From Candidatus Omnitrophota bacterium (lineage in GTDB: Bacteria > Omnitrophota > Gorgyraeia > JACQQV01): a DNA stretch of 64,000 nucleotides. Under the pieces are notes generated by a model. The model was not told where the DNA came from, made no database searches, and saw nothing but the letters and a program-made list of their open reading frames with translations. How positions within the stretch are numbered: the stretch's first letter is position 1; each line of letters begins with the position of its first letter. Shown one piece after another: positions 11,983-22,626 of this stretch. Both the position numbers and the translations under genes were made by a program. The stretch lies in NCBI GenBank assembly GCA_016206785.1, contig JACQQV010000008.1, positions 4,402-68,401 of the forward strand. The letters run 5' to 3'.

Positions 11983-13716
11983 GTGTTTCGAAAGTCCCAA
12001 GCAGTCCGCCTGCGACTTATTTTTTCATTCTTCTTTATCCTCTACATCCTCTTAGCCGCCCGCCTGATAGGCCTACAACTTTTTGCTCATCCGTCACTCC
12101 TTAGGATTGCTGAATCCCAGCATTATCCGACCCTCTCTTTGGAGGCGCGGCGCGGGGCAATTCTTGATCGACAGGGAAAACCGTTTGCACTCACCCACGC
12201 AACCGATTCCCTCTTTGTGGCTTCGCGCGAGATTCCCAATAAGGAAGAAATTTCAAAGGCGTTGTCCCAAAGACTTCATTTAAGCCAACCCTTTCTTCTG
12301 GAGAGACTGAGACGGGACAAATCGTTTGTCTGGATTAAACGGAAATTGCCTTTCCAATTGTCCAGCGAAATCAAGCAGATGAAGTTGAAGGGGGTCGATT
12401 TTGTCAAGGAGACAAAAAGGGTCTATCCGGGGGGACCTCTGGCAAGCCATATTTTAGGGTTCACAGACATCGATCATAAAGGTCTTGAGGGGATTGAGCG
12501 CTATTATGATCGTCTCCTTCGGGGGGAGGATGGCTACCGCCAGGTCCTTCGAGATGCAAAACGACGGGCCCTTCCTTCTTTGGAGCTTAAGTATCAGAAA
12601 CCGGTCGATGGGTTGACCGTCGTCCTCACCCTCGACGAAGTCATCCAGCATATTGCGGAACGGGAATTGGACAAGGCGTATAAGAAATGGAAAGCGAGCG
12701 GTGCCACCATCATTGTCATGGATCCTTGGAACGGAGAGATCCTCGCTCTCGCCAACCGCCCCGCCTACGACCTCAATAGTCCCGGCTCTTCCTCAGGGGC
12801 CAGTCGTCGCAACCGCGCGATCACCGATCTTTTTGAGCCAGGGTCCGTCTTTAAAATCATTACCGCCGCCACTGCCCTTCAGGAAGGGGTGGTGAAGGAG
12901 GAAGACAAGATCTTTTGTGAAAATGGGGCTTACCGCGTTTCCAATCATATCCTTCATGACCATCATCCTCAAGGGACCCTCACCTTTCGTCAGGTGATTG
13001 AGAAATCAAGCAATATCGGGACGGTGAAGGTGGCCCAAAAAATAGGACCGGCGAGGCTCCATCAGTATATTCTGGCCTTCGGGTTCGGCCAAAAGACCGG
13101 CGTCGATCTACCGGGAGAAATCCCAGGAGTTGCGGTTCCTCCCAAGAAATGGTCGGGAACCAGTATCGCCAATATCCCGATCGGGCAGGGGATCGGGGTG
13201 ACGACCCTACAACTCGCCTCGGCCATGGCGGTCATCGCCAATGGAGGGAAATGGGTACGACCCCATCTCTTAAAGGAGATTTTGAGTTCAGAGGGAGGCG
13301 TGATACAATCATACTCAAAAGAGCCGGGTCGCCCTGTCCTTCGAGAAGAGGTCGCAGAGAGACTTCGGGAAATCCTCGTGGGGGCGGTGGGAGAGGGGAC
13401 GGGGAAACTCGCAAAACTGGAAGGGTATGATGCCGGAGGGAAAACCGGCACCTCTCAGAAGCTCGACGAAGACGGTCGTTATTCCCACTCAAAGTATGTG
13501 GCCTCCTTTGTTGGATTTGCTCCCAGCCGGAATCCCCGAATCGTCGTAGCCGTCATGTTGGATGAACCCCACGGTGCCTATTTCGGAGGGGTGGTGGCAG
13601 CCCCTGTTTTTCAAAACGTTGCCGGTCGAACCTTGCGCTATCTAGAAATTCCCCATGAACAAAAGACGGAGACGCAGATGGTCCTGCACAACGAATCCAA
13701 GAAAAACGCTCTATGA
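11983..13716 (+). CDS. ftsI: Class B penicillin-binding protein (division transpeptidase)
   Basis: N-terminal TM, RGAILDR, GSVFK (SxxK), SSN and KTG; dcw position. Confidence 0.92.
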   Translation: MFRKSQAVRLRLIFSFFFILYILLAARLIGLQLFAHPSLLRIAESQHYPTLSLEARRGAILDRQGKPFALTHATDSLFVASREIPNKEEISKALSQRLHLSQPFLLERLRRDKSFVWIKRKLPFQLSSEIKQMKLKGVDFVKETKRVYPGGPLASHILGFTDIDHKGLEGIERYYDRLLRGEDGYRQVLRDAKRRALPSLELKYQKPVDGLTVVLTLDEVIQHIAERELDKAYKKWKASGATIIVMDPWNGEILALANRPAYDLNSPGSSSGASRRNRAITDLFEPGSVFKIITAATALQEGVVKEEDKIFCENGAYRVSNHILHDHHPQGTLTFRQVIEKSSNIGTVKVAQKIGPARLHQYILAFGFGQKTGVDLPGEIPGVAVPPKKWSGTSIANIPIGQGIGVTTLQLASAMAVIANGGKWVRPHLLKEILSSEGGVIQSYSKEPGRPVLREEVAERLREILVGAVGEGTGKLAKLEGYDAGGKTGTSQKLDEDGRYSHSKYVASFVGFAPSRNPRIVVAVMLDEPHGAYFGGVVAAPVFQNVAGRTLRYLEIPHEQKTETQMVLHNESKKNAL

Positions 13717-15215
13717 CGACGCTTGGGACACTTCTGTCAAATTTTGAAGTTTCCCTTTCCCAAAAGGAACTTTTATTACCGGTCCCCGCCGTCTCTTGTG
13801 ACTCGAAACAGGTGAGGGAAGGGGACCTTTTTGTCGCGGTCAAAGGGGCGACCACTGATGGTGCTTCCTATATTCCCGAGGCCCTTTCTCGTGGAGCGAG
13901 AATCATTGTGGCGGAAAAAGATTTTCCCTCTGAATCGGGGATCGTGAAGGTCGTTGTAAAAGACTCCCGCCACGCCTTGGCCCTTCTCGCAAACCGTTTC
14001 TATGAAAATCCGAGTGAGAAGCTACGGGTGATCGGGATTACCGGCACCAACGGGAAAACGACCGCCTCCTATCTCATCGAGTCGGTCCTTCAAAAAGCGG
14101 GATACGGAGTCGGTGTGATTGGAACGATCGCCCACCGGGTCGGGACAAGGGCGATTCCCGCCCAGAATACCACCCCTGGCCCTCCTGAACTTCAATCCCT
14201 TCTTTCTCAAATGGTCAAAGAAAAATTGACCTATGCAGTGATGGAAGTCTCGAGCCACGCCCTCGATCAGAAAAGGGTGGAGACGATCCGATTCGATGCC
14301 GCCCTCTTTATGAATCTTACCCAGGATCATCTGGATTACCACAAGACTCAAGAGGCCTATTTTCAGGCAAAGCGCCGCCTTTTTGAATCCTTGGATGAGA
14401 AATCTACTGCCATCCTCAACGCGGATAGCCCCTTTTGCGAAAGGATGATCCGTGTGACACGAGGACGGCATTTAACCTACGGACTTCATGAGAGGGCAGA
14501 CATTTATGCCACACCTCCTCAGACGTCGTCGTCGGGGAGTTGCCTTGACGTCACAACACCTGCGGGACCGTTGAAGGTCACCTCGAGGCTGATCGGCCTT
14601 CACAATGTCTACAATACCCTCGCCGCCATCGGCACAGCTCTTTCGCAGAGAATTTCTCTTCCGCTCATTCAAGAAGGGGTGCAAGCACTTTCAGGAGTTC
14701 CGGGTCGATTGGAGCGGATCGACGCGGGTCAACCTTTCAGAGTCTTCGTCGATTTCGCCCATACCGAAGATGCATTGCAACAGGTTCTTGCTTCTTTAAG
14801 ACCTCTCACAGCGAGGCGGATTCTTCTTGTTTTTGGGTGCGGAGGGGACCGGGACCGTCTGAAACGACCTCAAATGGCGAAGGTGGCGAGTGAGTTATCG
14901 GACCTTGTCATTGTCACCTCAGACAATCCGAGGAAAGAAGATCCCCGCGCAATTTTAAAAGAGATCGAAACCGGCTTCCCCCCTGATTTTCATCGGTATC
15001 ATCTGGAAGAAGACCGGGCCAAGGCGATTGAGAAGGCCCTCTACGAGGCGGAAGAAGGGGACACGGTCCTCATTGCCGGCAAGGGACATGAAGCCTATCA
15101 GATTTTTAAGGACCGGACCATTCCCTTTGATGATCGACAGGTTGCTTATGAGATCCTTTACCATTCAAGAATTGCTCAAGGCCACGGAGGGGCAGCTTCT
15201 CCACAGAGGGGCTAG
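13713..15215 (+). CDS. murE: UDP-MurNAc-tripeptide synthetase (meso-DAP type)
   Basis: GITGTNGKTT, MEVSSH, DHLDYH, FGCGGDRD, DNPR and AGKGHE. Confidence 0.96.
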   Translation: MTTLGTLLSNFEVSLSQKELLLPVPAVSCDSKQVREGDLFVAVKGATTDGASYIPEALSRGARIIVAEKDFPSESGIVKVVVKDSRHALALLANRFYENPSEKLRVIGITGTNGKTTASYLIESVLQKAGYGVGVIGTIAHRVGTRAIPAQNTTPGPPELQSLLSQMVKEKLTYAVMEVSSHALDQKRVETIRFDAALFMNLTQDHLDYHKTQEAYFQAKRRLFESLDEKSTAILNADSPFCERMIRVTRGRHLTYGLHERADIYATPPQTSSSGSCLDVTTPAGPLKVTSRLIGLHNVYNTLAAIGTALSQRISLPLIQEGVQALSGVPGRLERIDAGQPFRVFVDFAHTEDALQQVLASLRPLTARRILLVFGCGGDRDRLKRPQMAKVASELSDLVIVTSDNPRKEDPRAILKEIETGFPPDFHRYHLEEDRAKAIEKALYEAEEGDTVLIAGKGHEAYQIFKDRTIPFDDRQVAYEILYHSRIAQGHGGAASPQRG

Positions 15216-16512
15216 CGAATCCTTCCGAGGCATTTCTATCGATACGCGCACCCTTCAGGAAGGCGATCTGTTCATCGCGATCAAGGGGAAACGGTTCGAG
15301 GGTCACGACTTTGTGGAGGAGGCTGTCCGTCGAGGGGCCTCAGGCGTCTTGGTTTCCAAAAAAGTCACACCCCTGTCCCCAAAAGTCGCCCTTCTTGTCG
15401 TGCCGGATACCCTCGCAGCGCTCGGCGCGATCGCTTCTTACCACCGAAAACAGTTTTCGATCCCTGTGATTGCCGTGACCGGCTCAAACGGAAAGACGAC
15501 CACCAAGGAAATGATTAGCCATCTCCTTTCCAGCCTCGGCCCTGTTTTAAAGAATGAAGGGACAAAAAATAATCGGATCGGCGTTCCCTTAACCCTCCTC
15601 TCCCTTGAAAGAGACCACCAGTTCGCTGTGTTGGAGTTGGGGATGAGCGAACCGGGAGAGATCGGGATTCTTTCCAGAATGGCTGCTCCCTCAACGGCTC
15701 TCGTGACCAATATCGGTCCCGTGCATCTGGCGCTTCTTAAGGAGCTCGGAACGGTATTTGCCTGTAAGATGGAGATTTTGGAAGGACTTGAGAAAGGGGG
15801 CACTCTCGTCCTAAACGGAGAGGACCCCTATCTCAAAGAAGTCCGTTCGCCCTCCCATCGGGTTGTTTTCTTCGGAAAGGGGAGCCCTTTGAGTGTTTCT
15901 GGGATCGAACAAAGGGAAGAAGGAATCTTTTTCCGCTGCGAGGACCTTCAGGGATTTCTTCCTCTTTTGGGCGAGCAGAATGTTGAGAACGCACTTGCGG
16001 CGATCGCTGTGGCAGATCTCCAGGGCATGTCGCCCTCTCTTTCCATCCAGCGTCTCAAGTCTTTTCGGGGGCTTGAAGGACGGATGAGGCCAAAAAGGAC
16101 GGGAGGCATCGAATGGATCGACGATACGTACAATGCGAACCCGGAGTCAATGCGGCGGGCTGTTGAAAGTTTGAAAGGCCTTTCTGCGACGGGAAGACGG
16201 GTCCTTATCATGGGAGATATGTTGGAATTGGGGGAGAAGGCACAGGCCTACCATGAAACAGTGGGGGAGAAAGTGGCCACTTCCAACATTGACCTATTTG
16301 TGACGGTGGGCCCCCTTTCTCGGTTTGCCCATGAAAAGGCGAAATCGTTAGGGATGAATGGACAGCGTTCGGCTCATTTTAGCACCACGCACGAGGCAGC
16401 GCAGTATCTTGCGGAAACGACGAAACAGGGGGACCGGATTTTGATCAAGGGGTCACGGGGAATGAAAATGGAGGAAGTGATCATTGCTGTATCATCTGCT
16501 TTATCCTCTTAA
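15148..16512 (+). CDS. murF: UDP-MurNAc-pentapeptide synthetase
   Basis: VTGSNGKTTTKE, DDTYNANPESM, GDMLELG and IKGSRGM. Confidence 0.95.
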   Translation: MRSFTIQELLKATEGQLLHRGASESFRGISIDTRTLQEGDLFIAIKGKRFEGHDFVEEAVRRGASGVLVSKKVTPLSPKVALLVVPDTLAALGAIASYHRKQFSIPVIAVTGSNGKTTTKEMISHLLSSLGPVLKNEGTKNNRIGVPLTLLSLERDHQFAVLELGMSEPGEIGILSRMAAPSTALVTNIGPVHLALLKELGTVFACKMEILEGLEKGGTLVLNGEDPYLKEVRSPSHRVVFFGKGSPLSVSGIEQREEGIFFRCEDLQGFLPLLGEQNVENALAAIAVADLQGMSPSLSIQRLKSFRGLEGRMRPKRTGGIEWIDDTYNANPESMRRAVESLKGLSATGRRVLIMGDMLELGEKAQAYHETVGEKVATSNIDLFVTVGPLSRFAHEKAKSLGMNGQRSAHFSTTHEAAQYLAETTKQGDRILIKGSRGMKMEEVIIAVSSALSS

Positions 16513-17572
16513 GGAAATCTTTTTTGGATTCAATGTCTTTCGGTATCTCACCTTCCGTGCCGCTGGCGCCAGCATCACCGCATTCCTCTTGAGTGTCTTG
16601 ATCGGCCCGCTGATTTATCGAAAGATCAAAGCGTTGAGGGTAAGTGAAGATGCGGTTCGAGAGCATGCGCCCTCTCTGACAAAACTCCACCGGAGCAAGA
16701 AGGGAACTCCGACCATGGGGGGACTTGCGATCCTTTTCTCCCTCCTCGGTTCAACGCTCCTCTGGGCCAATCTGAGTAACCCCTATATTCTTCTTCTCCT
16801 CACCGTAAGCATCTGGTTGGGATTGGTGGGGCTTCTGGATGACACCCTCAAGTTCGTGATGAGAAGCTCGCGGGGATTGGCCGCTTCGACAAAATTTTTG
16901 GGCCAGATCATTGCAGGAACCGGGATCGCTCTTTTTCTTTACTTCGCCCCCGATTGGAACAAAATCCTCACCGTTCCCTTTTTGAAAAACTTCAACTTGG
17001 AGCTCGGCCTTCTCTACATTCCGTTTGTCATCCTGGTGATCGTCGGCTCCTCGAATGCGGTGAATCTCACCGATGGATTGGATGGCTTGGCGGTCGGATG
17101 CGTCATTATGGTGGCGATTAGCTACAGCATTCTCGCCTATCTCACCGGGCATGTGAAGTTTAGCGAGTACCTGAAGATTCCTTATGTGGCGGGAAGTGGA
17201 GAATTGGCAATCTTTTGCAGCGCCCTGGTCGGGGCGGGGCTCGGATTTCTCTGGTATAACTGTCATCCGGCCGAGGTCTTCATGGGAGATACCGGCTCGC
17301 TCTCTTTGGGAGGGGTGATCGGGACCGTGGCGGTTTTGATCCATAAGGAACTCGTTCTTTTTATCGCGGGAGGCATCTTTGTGGCGGAGGCGTTCAGCGT
17401 GATCCTTCAGATCCTTTCTTTTAAACTCACCGGAAAAAGAATTTTCTTAATGTCTCCCCTCCATCACCATTTTGAACTGAAGGGATGGGATGAGACAAAG
17501 GTGACCATTCGATTCTGGATCGTCGGCGCGATCCTGGTTTTTTTGAGTCTATCGACGTTAAAGTTGCGTTAA
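16484..17572 (+). CDS. mraY: Phospho-MurNAc-pentapeptide transferase
   Basis: KKGTPTMGG, NAVNLTDGLDGLA, FMGDTGS and PLHHHFE. Confidence 0.97.
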   Translation: MLYHLLYPLKEIFFGFNVFRYLTFRAAGASITAFLLSVLIGPLIYRKIKALRVSEDAVREHAPSLTKLHRSKKGTPTMGGLAILFSLLGSTLLWANLSNPYILLLLTVSIWLGLVGLLDDTLKFVMRSSRGLAASTKFLGQIIAGTGIALFLYFAPDWNKILTVPFLKNFNLELGLLYIPFVILVIVGSSNAVNLTDGLDGLAVGCVIMVAISYSILAYLTGHVKFSEYLKIPYVAGSGELAIFCSALVGAGLGFLWYNCHPAEVFMGDTGSLSLGGVIGTVAVLIHKELVLFIAGGIFVAEAFSVILQILSFKLTGKRIFLMSPLHHHFELKGWDETKVTIRFWIVGAILVFLSLSTLKLR

Positions 17573-17573
17573 A

Positions 17574-18944
17574 ATGATCAATCTCTCCGGAAAAAAGGTG
17601 ACTGTGGTCGGGTTAGGAAAGAGCGGACTTTCCGCCTGCCAGCTCCTTTTAAGAGAGGGGGCCGAAGTCTTTGTCTCTGAAGCGCGGTCAGACCCTTCTC
17701 TGAAGCAAGCGGCCGAAGTTCTCACAAGAAAAGGTGTTTCAATGGAATTCGGGGGGCATACCCGGGAGTGGATTAGAGGGAAAGATCTTGTTGTCATGAG
17801 CCCCGGTGTTCCTTTCTCAAGCCCTCCTTTCCAGTGGGCGCAGTCAGAAAAGATCCCGATCCTCAGTGAAATTGAATTGGGTTATCTTTTTTGCAAAGGA
17901 AAGATCATCGCAGTGACCGGTAGTAACGGAAAGTCCACAACGGTCACCCTTCTGGGTAAAATGTTGGAAGAGGGAGGGAAGAGAAGTTTTGTGTGTGGAA
18001 ATATCGGAGAACCCTTCTGTAACCATGTCCTTAAGGTGTCGGAGAAAGATTGGGTGGTTCTGGAGGTGAGCTCCTTTCAGCTGGAGCAGTGCCATTCCTT
18101 TAAGCCCCACATTGCAATCCTTTTGAATCTCTCACCCAATCATTTGGACAGGCATCCTTCGTTGGAGAATTATATTTCAGTAAAACGCCGTATCGCCCAA
18201 TGTCAAAAGAAGGAAGACTATTTTTTGCTGAATGCCGACGATCCTCTCGCCCCAGAAGTGGGGAAAGGGTCTCTTTCCCAAAAACGGTATTTTAGTCGTA
18301 CCAAAAAAGTGAAAGGAGTTTTCCTGAAAGGAAGGGACATCTTCTCTTCTCTCAATGGCAGAGAGGAAAAGGTTTGTACCTTCCAAGGGTTTCGACTTCC
18401 CGGGTCCCATAATGAAGAAAACGCCCTTGCAGCGATCGTGGCTGCTCTCCTGGCGGGTGTGAAACCCTTTGCGGTTCAGAAGACTCTCGCGACCTTTGAA
18501 GGCCTCCCGCACCGGATCGAGTTTGTGGAGGAGATCGAGGGAGTCCGTTTTGTCGATGATTCGAAATCGACGACGGTGGCAAGTACCCTCCGCGCGATCG
18601 ATGCCCTCTCTGGTCCCCTTCTTTTGATCGCAGGGGGACGGGAGAAGAACGAAGATTTCCGGTCACTCCAACACCCCCTTCTCAAAAAGGTGAAGCGGAT
18701 TTTCCTTATCGGAGAGGCCAAAGAAAAGATCCGCTCCGCTCTCGCAGGGTCTGTAGAAACCACTCTTGCCGCTACCCTTGAGGAGGCGGTCGCGCTCGCC
18801 TTTGAGGCCTCCCAGGCGGGAGAGACAGTGCTCCTTTCTCCGATGTGCACGAGTTTCGATATGTTTAGAGATTTTGAGGAGCGGGGGGATCATTTCAAAG
18901 AAAATGTTGCGATGCTTAAGGCAAGGAAACTGCATGCGTGCTGA
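17574..18944 (+). CDS. murD: UDP-MurNAc-L-Ala:D-Glu ligase
   Basis: GLGKSG, VTGSNGKST, LEVSSFQL, HLDRH, DDSKST and SFDMFRDFEERG. Confidence 0.96.
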   Translation: MINLSGKKVTVVGLGKSGLSACQLLLREGAEVFVSEARSDPSLKQAAEVLTRKGVSMEFGGHTREWIRGKDLVVMSPGVPFSSPPFQWAQSEKIPILSEIELGYLFCKGKIIAVTGSNGKSTTVTLLGKMLEEGGKRSFVCGNIGEPFCNHVLKVSEKDWVVLEVSSFQLEQCHSFKPHIAILLNLSPNHLDRHPSLENYISVKRRIAQCQKKEDYFLLNADDPLAPEVGKGSLSQKRYFSRTKKVKGVFLKGRDIFSSLNGREEKVCTFQGFRLPGSHNEENALAAIVAALLAGVKPFAVQKTLATFEGLPHRIEFVEEIEGVRFVDDSKSTTVASTLRAIDALSGPLLLIAGGREKNEDFRSLQHPLLKKVKRIFLIGEAKEKIRSALAGSVETTLAATLEEAVALAFEASQAGETVLLSPMCTSFDMFRDFEERGDHFKENVAMLKARKLHAC

Positions 18945-20115
18945 ACGGACAGGACTTTTTGTCGTCACCTGTGCTTTGATTTCGATCGGGATCATCATGA
19001 TCTACTCGGCGAGCGCCATCTATGCCTACGAGAGGTATCAAGACAGTTTTTATTTCCTTAAGAGACACCTGATGTATTTGGGGGTCGGTTTTTTGGCGAT
19101 GATGGCGACCCTCGCTTTTCCGTACAGGAAAATTCGTTATTTTGCCAAACCGTTCCTTTTGACGTCGATCGTCCTTTTGCTCCTTGTCCTCATCTCGCCA
19201 TTAGGGAAAGAGAGCGGAGGAGCAAGCCGTTGGTTTCGCGTCGGTCCCTTTAGTTTCCAGCCGAGTGAAGCCGCGAAGATCGCCTTCTTTATCTATTTGG
19301 CAGATATTCTGTCACGGAAGAAAAATGACCTCGATGATTTCATTCATGGCTTCCTTCCACCCCTTCTGGTGCTCGGCGTCATCATCCTCCTGATTCTCCT
19401 GCAGCCCGATCTTGGCACTGCCCTCACCTTTGCCGTCGTGACGCTTCTCATGCTTTTCCTGGCCGGCGTGCGACTCCGTTATCTACTCATGACCCTCGCT
19501 TCTTTTCTACCTGCATTTCTTTTCTTGATCTTAACCAAGCCGTACCGTTTAAGACGCATCATCGCGTTTCTCGATCCATGGCAGGATCCCCAAGGGTCAG
19601 GCTTTCAGATCATCCAATCGTTTCTGGCTCTGGGATCTGGAGGTCTGTCAGGGGTGGGGTTGGGGCAATCCAAACAAAAACTTTTTTATCTTCCTGCCTG
19701 CCATACCGATTTCATCTTTTCGATTATCGGGGAAGAACTGGGACTCTGGGGAACGCTGGCGGTTCTTTTCCTCTTCGTTCTTTTTTCTTGGTACGCGTTT
19801 CAGATGCTCCGCAGGGTTCAGGACCGTTTTGGCCGTCTTTTGGGATTCGGGATCGCTTCGGTCATGACCTTTGAGGCGCTGGTGAATATCGGTGTGACCT
19901 GCGGGGCCATCCCGACCAAAGGGCTCCCTCTCCCATTCGTCAGTTACGGAGGAAGCGCCTTGGTGTTCAATTTGGTGGGGGTGGGGCTTCTTTTGAATAT
20001 CTCCCGATACGGGATGGAAAGTTCTTCTGTTTTTTCTTCCAATATCTTGGAGGCGGGCGAAAACTATTTTGTTCCCAAGAGCCTCCGTTTTCAGATCTGG
20101 AGAAAAAAAGGATGA
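18934..20115 (+). CDS. ftsW: SEDS glycosyltransferase FtsW
   Basis: GASRW, FQPSE, LQPDLG, LPACHTDFIF and LPFVSYGGS; lies between murD and murG. Confidence 0.95.
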   Translation: MRAERTGLFVVTCALISIGIIMIYSASAIYAYERYQDSFYFLKRHLMYLGVGFLAMMATLAFPYRKIRYFAKPFLLTSIVLLLLVLISPLGKESGGASRWFRVGPFSFQPSEAAKIAFFIYLADILSRKKNDLDDFIHGFLPPLLVLGVIILLILLQPDLGTALTFAVVTLLMLFLAGVRLRYLLMTLASFLPAFLFLILTKPYRLRRIIAFLDPWQDPQGSGFQIIQSFLALGSGGLSGVGLGQSKQKLFYLPACHTDFIFSIIGEELGLWGTLAVLFLFVLFSWYAFQMLRRVQDRFGRLLGFGIASVMTFEALVNIGVTCGAIPTKGLPLPFVSYGGSALVFNLVGVGLLLNISRYGMESSSVFSSNILEAGENYFVPKSLRFQIWRKKG

Positions 20116-21218
20116 AAGTTGTCATTGCGTGCGGGGGGAGCGGAGGTCATCTGTATCCAGGTCTCTCTCTGGCGGCGACCCTCCGAGAACAACGGAAGGA
20201 TGTGGAAACGATTTTTGTCGTGACCCGAAAACCTCTCGATCGCAAGATCGTCGGAAAGGAAAAAATGGTTCTCGCCCTTCCGGTCGTCGGCATGCCACCC
20301 ATTTTTTCCTGGCGCTTCCCAATTTTTCTAATTCAATTGACCTACTCCTTCATGCTTTGTCTTGCTTGGATGATCCGGATCCATCCCGATATCTTCGTGG
20401 GGTTCGGAGGATATGTGTCCGGGCCGGTCATTTTGACAGGGGTTCTCTTGCGGAAGCCGACGTTCATTCATGAGGAGAATCTTGTTCCTGGACGCGCCAA
20501 CCTCTTCCTTTCACGATGGGCCACGCGCGTCGGTGTCGCCTTCGAGGAAACCCAAAAGTTTTTCCGTCGACCGGTGATCCATGTCGGAAATCCCCTGAGG
20601 AAAGACCTTGCGCCTCTACAGCCGGCCGAAGCGCGCGAGGCCTTGGGACTCAAGAGGGATCATTTCACCCTTTTGGTCATGGGAGGAAGTCAGGGGGCCC
20701 ACCGGCTCAACCGGGCGATGGTAGAACTTTTTGAAAGGTTTCCTCACAGAGAACGTGCCGATCTCCAACTCATTCATCTGGCGGGTGAAAAAGACGCCTT
20801 GTGGGTCGAAGAACGGTATCGGTCCCTTGAAGTGATTGCCCGTGTCTATCCCTTCCTTCAAAGAATGGGGGAAGCGTACAGTGCAGCGGATCTTGTGATT
20901 GCCCGGGGCGGGGCGATGACCATTACGGAAATTGCTCACTTCCGAAAGGTAGCCCTTCTTGTCCCCCTTGCCCTTGCGAGAAATCATCAGGGGGAAAATG
21001 TCCGGTATCTTGCCCGTCACGGAGCCTGCCTCTGTTATGAGGAAGAGAGCATCGCCACAGAGTCTTTTCTTCGAGAGATCTTGAGTCTTAAAAAGGATGA
21101 TGCTCGCCGGAAAGTACTTTCAGAAACGCTCGCTTCGCTCTGTCCCAATAGAAGTGCCGGGCGTCTCGCACAGGAGGTCATCGCCTTGACCCAGAAGGAG
21201 ACTGCCCATGTCGCCTGA
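20112..21218 (+). CDS. murG: Lipid II GlcNAc transferase
   Basis: GGSGGHLYP, GFGGYVS, HEEN..PGRAN, GNPLR and GGSQGA. Confidence 0.95.
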   Translation: MKVVIACGGSGGHLYPGLSLAATLREQRKDVETIFVVTRKPLDRKIVGKEKMVLALPVVGMPPIFSWRFPIFLIQLTYSFMLCLAWMIRIHPDIFVGFGGYVSGPVILTGVLLRKPTFIHEENLVPGRANLFLSRWATRVGVAFEETQKFFRRPVIHVGNPLRKDLAPLQPAEAREALGLKRDHFTLLVMGGSQGAHRLNRAMVELFERFPHRERADLQLIHLAGEKDALWVEERYRSLEVIARVYPFLQRMGEAYSAADLVIARGGAMTITEIAHFRKVALLVPLALARNHQGENVRYLARHGACLCYEEESIATESFLREILSLKKDDARRKVLSETLASLCPNRSAGRLAQEVIALTQKETAHVA

Positions 21219-22626
21219 TGCGCTTTCGAGAAAGAGATTTCATTTTGTGGGGATCGGCGGTATCGGCATGAGCGGACTCGCCCATCTCCTTTTGGCGAAG
21301 GGGCGCCAGGTGAGCGGGTCGGATGTGAAGCGTTCCTCTCTCCTTTCAAGACTTGAGAAAGAGGGAGCAAAAATTTTTATCGGTCACCGACGGGAACATA
21401 TTACGGACGCAGAAGTTTTGATTTACTCTTCCTGTATCCGTCCAGATAATCCTGAAAGGGAGGAAGCTGCGCAAAGGTCTCTCCTCAGCCTTTCAAGGGG
21501 CGAGCTCCTTTCCCTTCTTTTTAAAGAAAAGAGAACCGGTGTCGCCGTCTCAGGGTCCCATGGAAAGACCACGACGACGGCACTCGCCGCCTGGCTCCTG
21601 CGGAAGGGGGGGCTCGATCCTTCTTTCCTCATCGGAGGCGTTTCCCACAACCTGGATGGAAATGCAGCAATGGGACGAGGAGATTATTTTGTGACGGAAG
21701 CGGATGAGAGCGACGGTTCTTTTTTAGCCCTAACACCCACTTACAGCATTGTGACCAATATGGATGCCGAGCATCTTGATTTTTATGAGACGCTTGAGAA
21801 GTCTCTCGATGCCTATGCCGCTTTTCTCGATAAAACGAAAGGGACCCTTTTCGTCTCCTCGGATTGCCCGAATACGCAAAAGGTGCTTAAGAAACTCGGC
21901 ACGCGTCCTATCGTCACCTTCGGTCTTACCCAAGGGGCGCACTATTTTCCAACCTTAATCGAGCGGGAGGGACGTTCCTCCCGTTTTGACTGTATCGCCC
22001 ATGGCGAGCGTCTCGGCTCGTTTCTCCTCAATCTGCCGGGACTCCATAATATTACGAATGCCCTCGCCGTCATCGCCCTCGGCGGGGAGCTTGAAATTCC
22101 CGTACCCGTCCTACAGGAAGCGATCGAGACCTTCGACGGAGTCCAAAGAAGATTGGAAATGAAACAGTTTCCGGCACTCACCATCGTGGAAGATTACGCA
22201 CATCATCCCGCCGAGATTGAGGCGACTCTCGAGGCCTTGCGGGGGATGGGGAACGGGCGTCGCATCGTCAGCGTTTTTCAACCCCATCGTTACACCCGGA
22301 CCCGTCTTTTGGCGGAACGCTTTGGCAGTTGTTTTCAGAATGCAGATCTTTTGATCGTCACGGAAATCTACGCCGCGAGCGAAGCTCCGATTCCGGGGGT
22401 GGATGCAGAAACCATTCTGGGCGAGGTACGGCGGGCAGGAAAAAATAAGGAACTTCTTTTCGTCCCTAAAAAGGAGATCATCTCACGCCTCTTAGAGATT
22501 TTAAGACCCAAAGACATCCTCGTTGTGATGGGAGCGGGAGATGTGGGCGAGGTTGCCCGCGAGATGTCACGCTTATGTTCACAAGGAACTCTTTCGTGGA
22601 TCCACAGACCCTCCGAGACCACTTAA
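21208..22626 (+). CDS. murC: UDP-MurNAc:L-Ala ligase
   Basis: GIGGIGMSGLA, GSHGKTTTT, EADESDGSF, DYAHHP and FQPHRYTR. Confidence 0.97.
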   Translation: MSPDALSRKRFHFVGIGGIGMSGLAHLLLAKGRQVSGSDVKRSSLLSRLEKEGAKIFIGHRREHITDAEVLIYSSCIRPDNPEREEAAQRSLLSLSRGELLSLLFKEKRTGVAVSGSHGKTTTTALAAWLLRKGGLDPSFLIGGVSHNLDGNAAMGRGDYFVTEADESDGSFLALTPTYSIVTNMDAEHLDFYETLEKSLDAYAAFLDKTKGTLFVSSDCPNTQKVLKKLGTRPIVTFGLTQGAHYFPTLIEREGRSSRFDCIAHGERLGSFLLNLPGLHNITNALAVIALGGELEIPVPVLQEAIETFDGVQRRLEMKQFPALTIVEDYAHHPAEIEATLEALRGMGNGRRIVSVFQPHRYTRTRLLAERFGSCFQNADLLIVTEIYAASEAPIPGVDAETILGEVRRAGKNKELLFVPKKEIISRLLEILRPKDILVVMGAGDVGEVAREMSRLCSQGTLSWIHRPSETT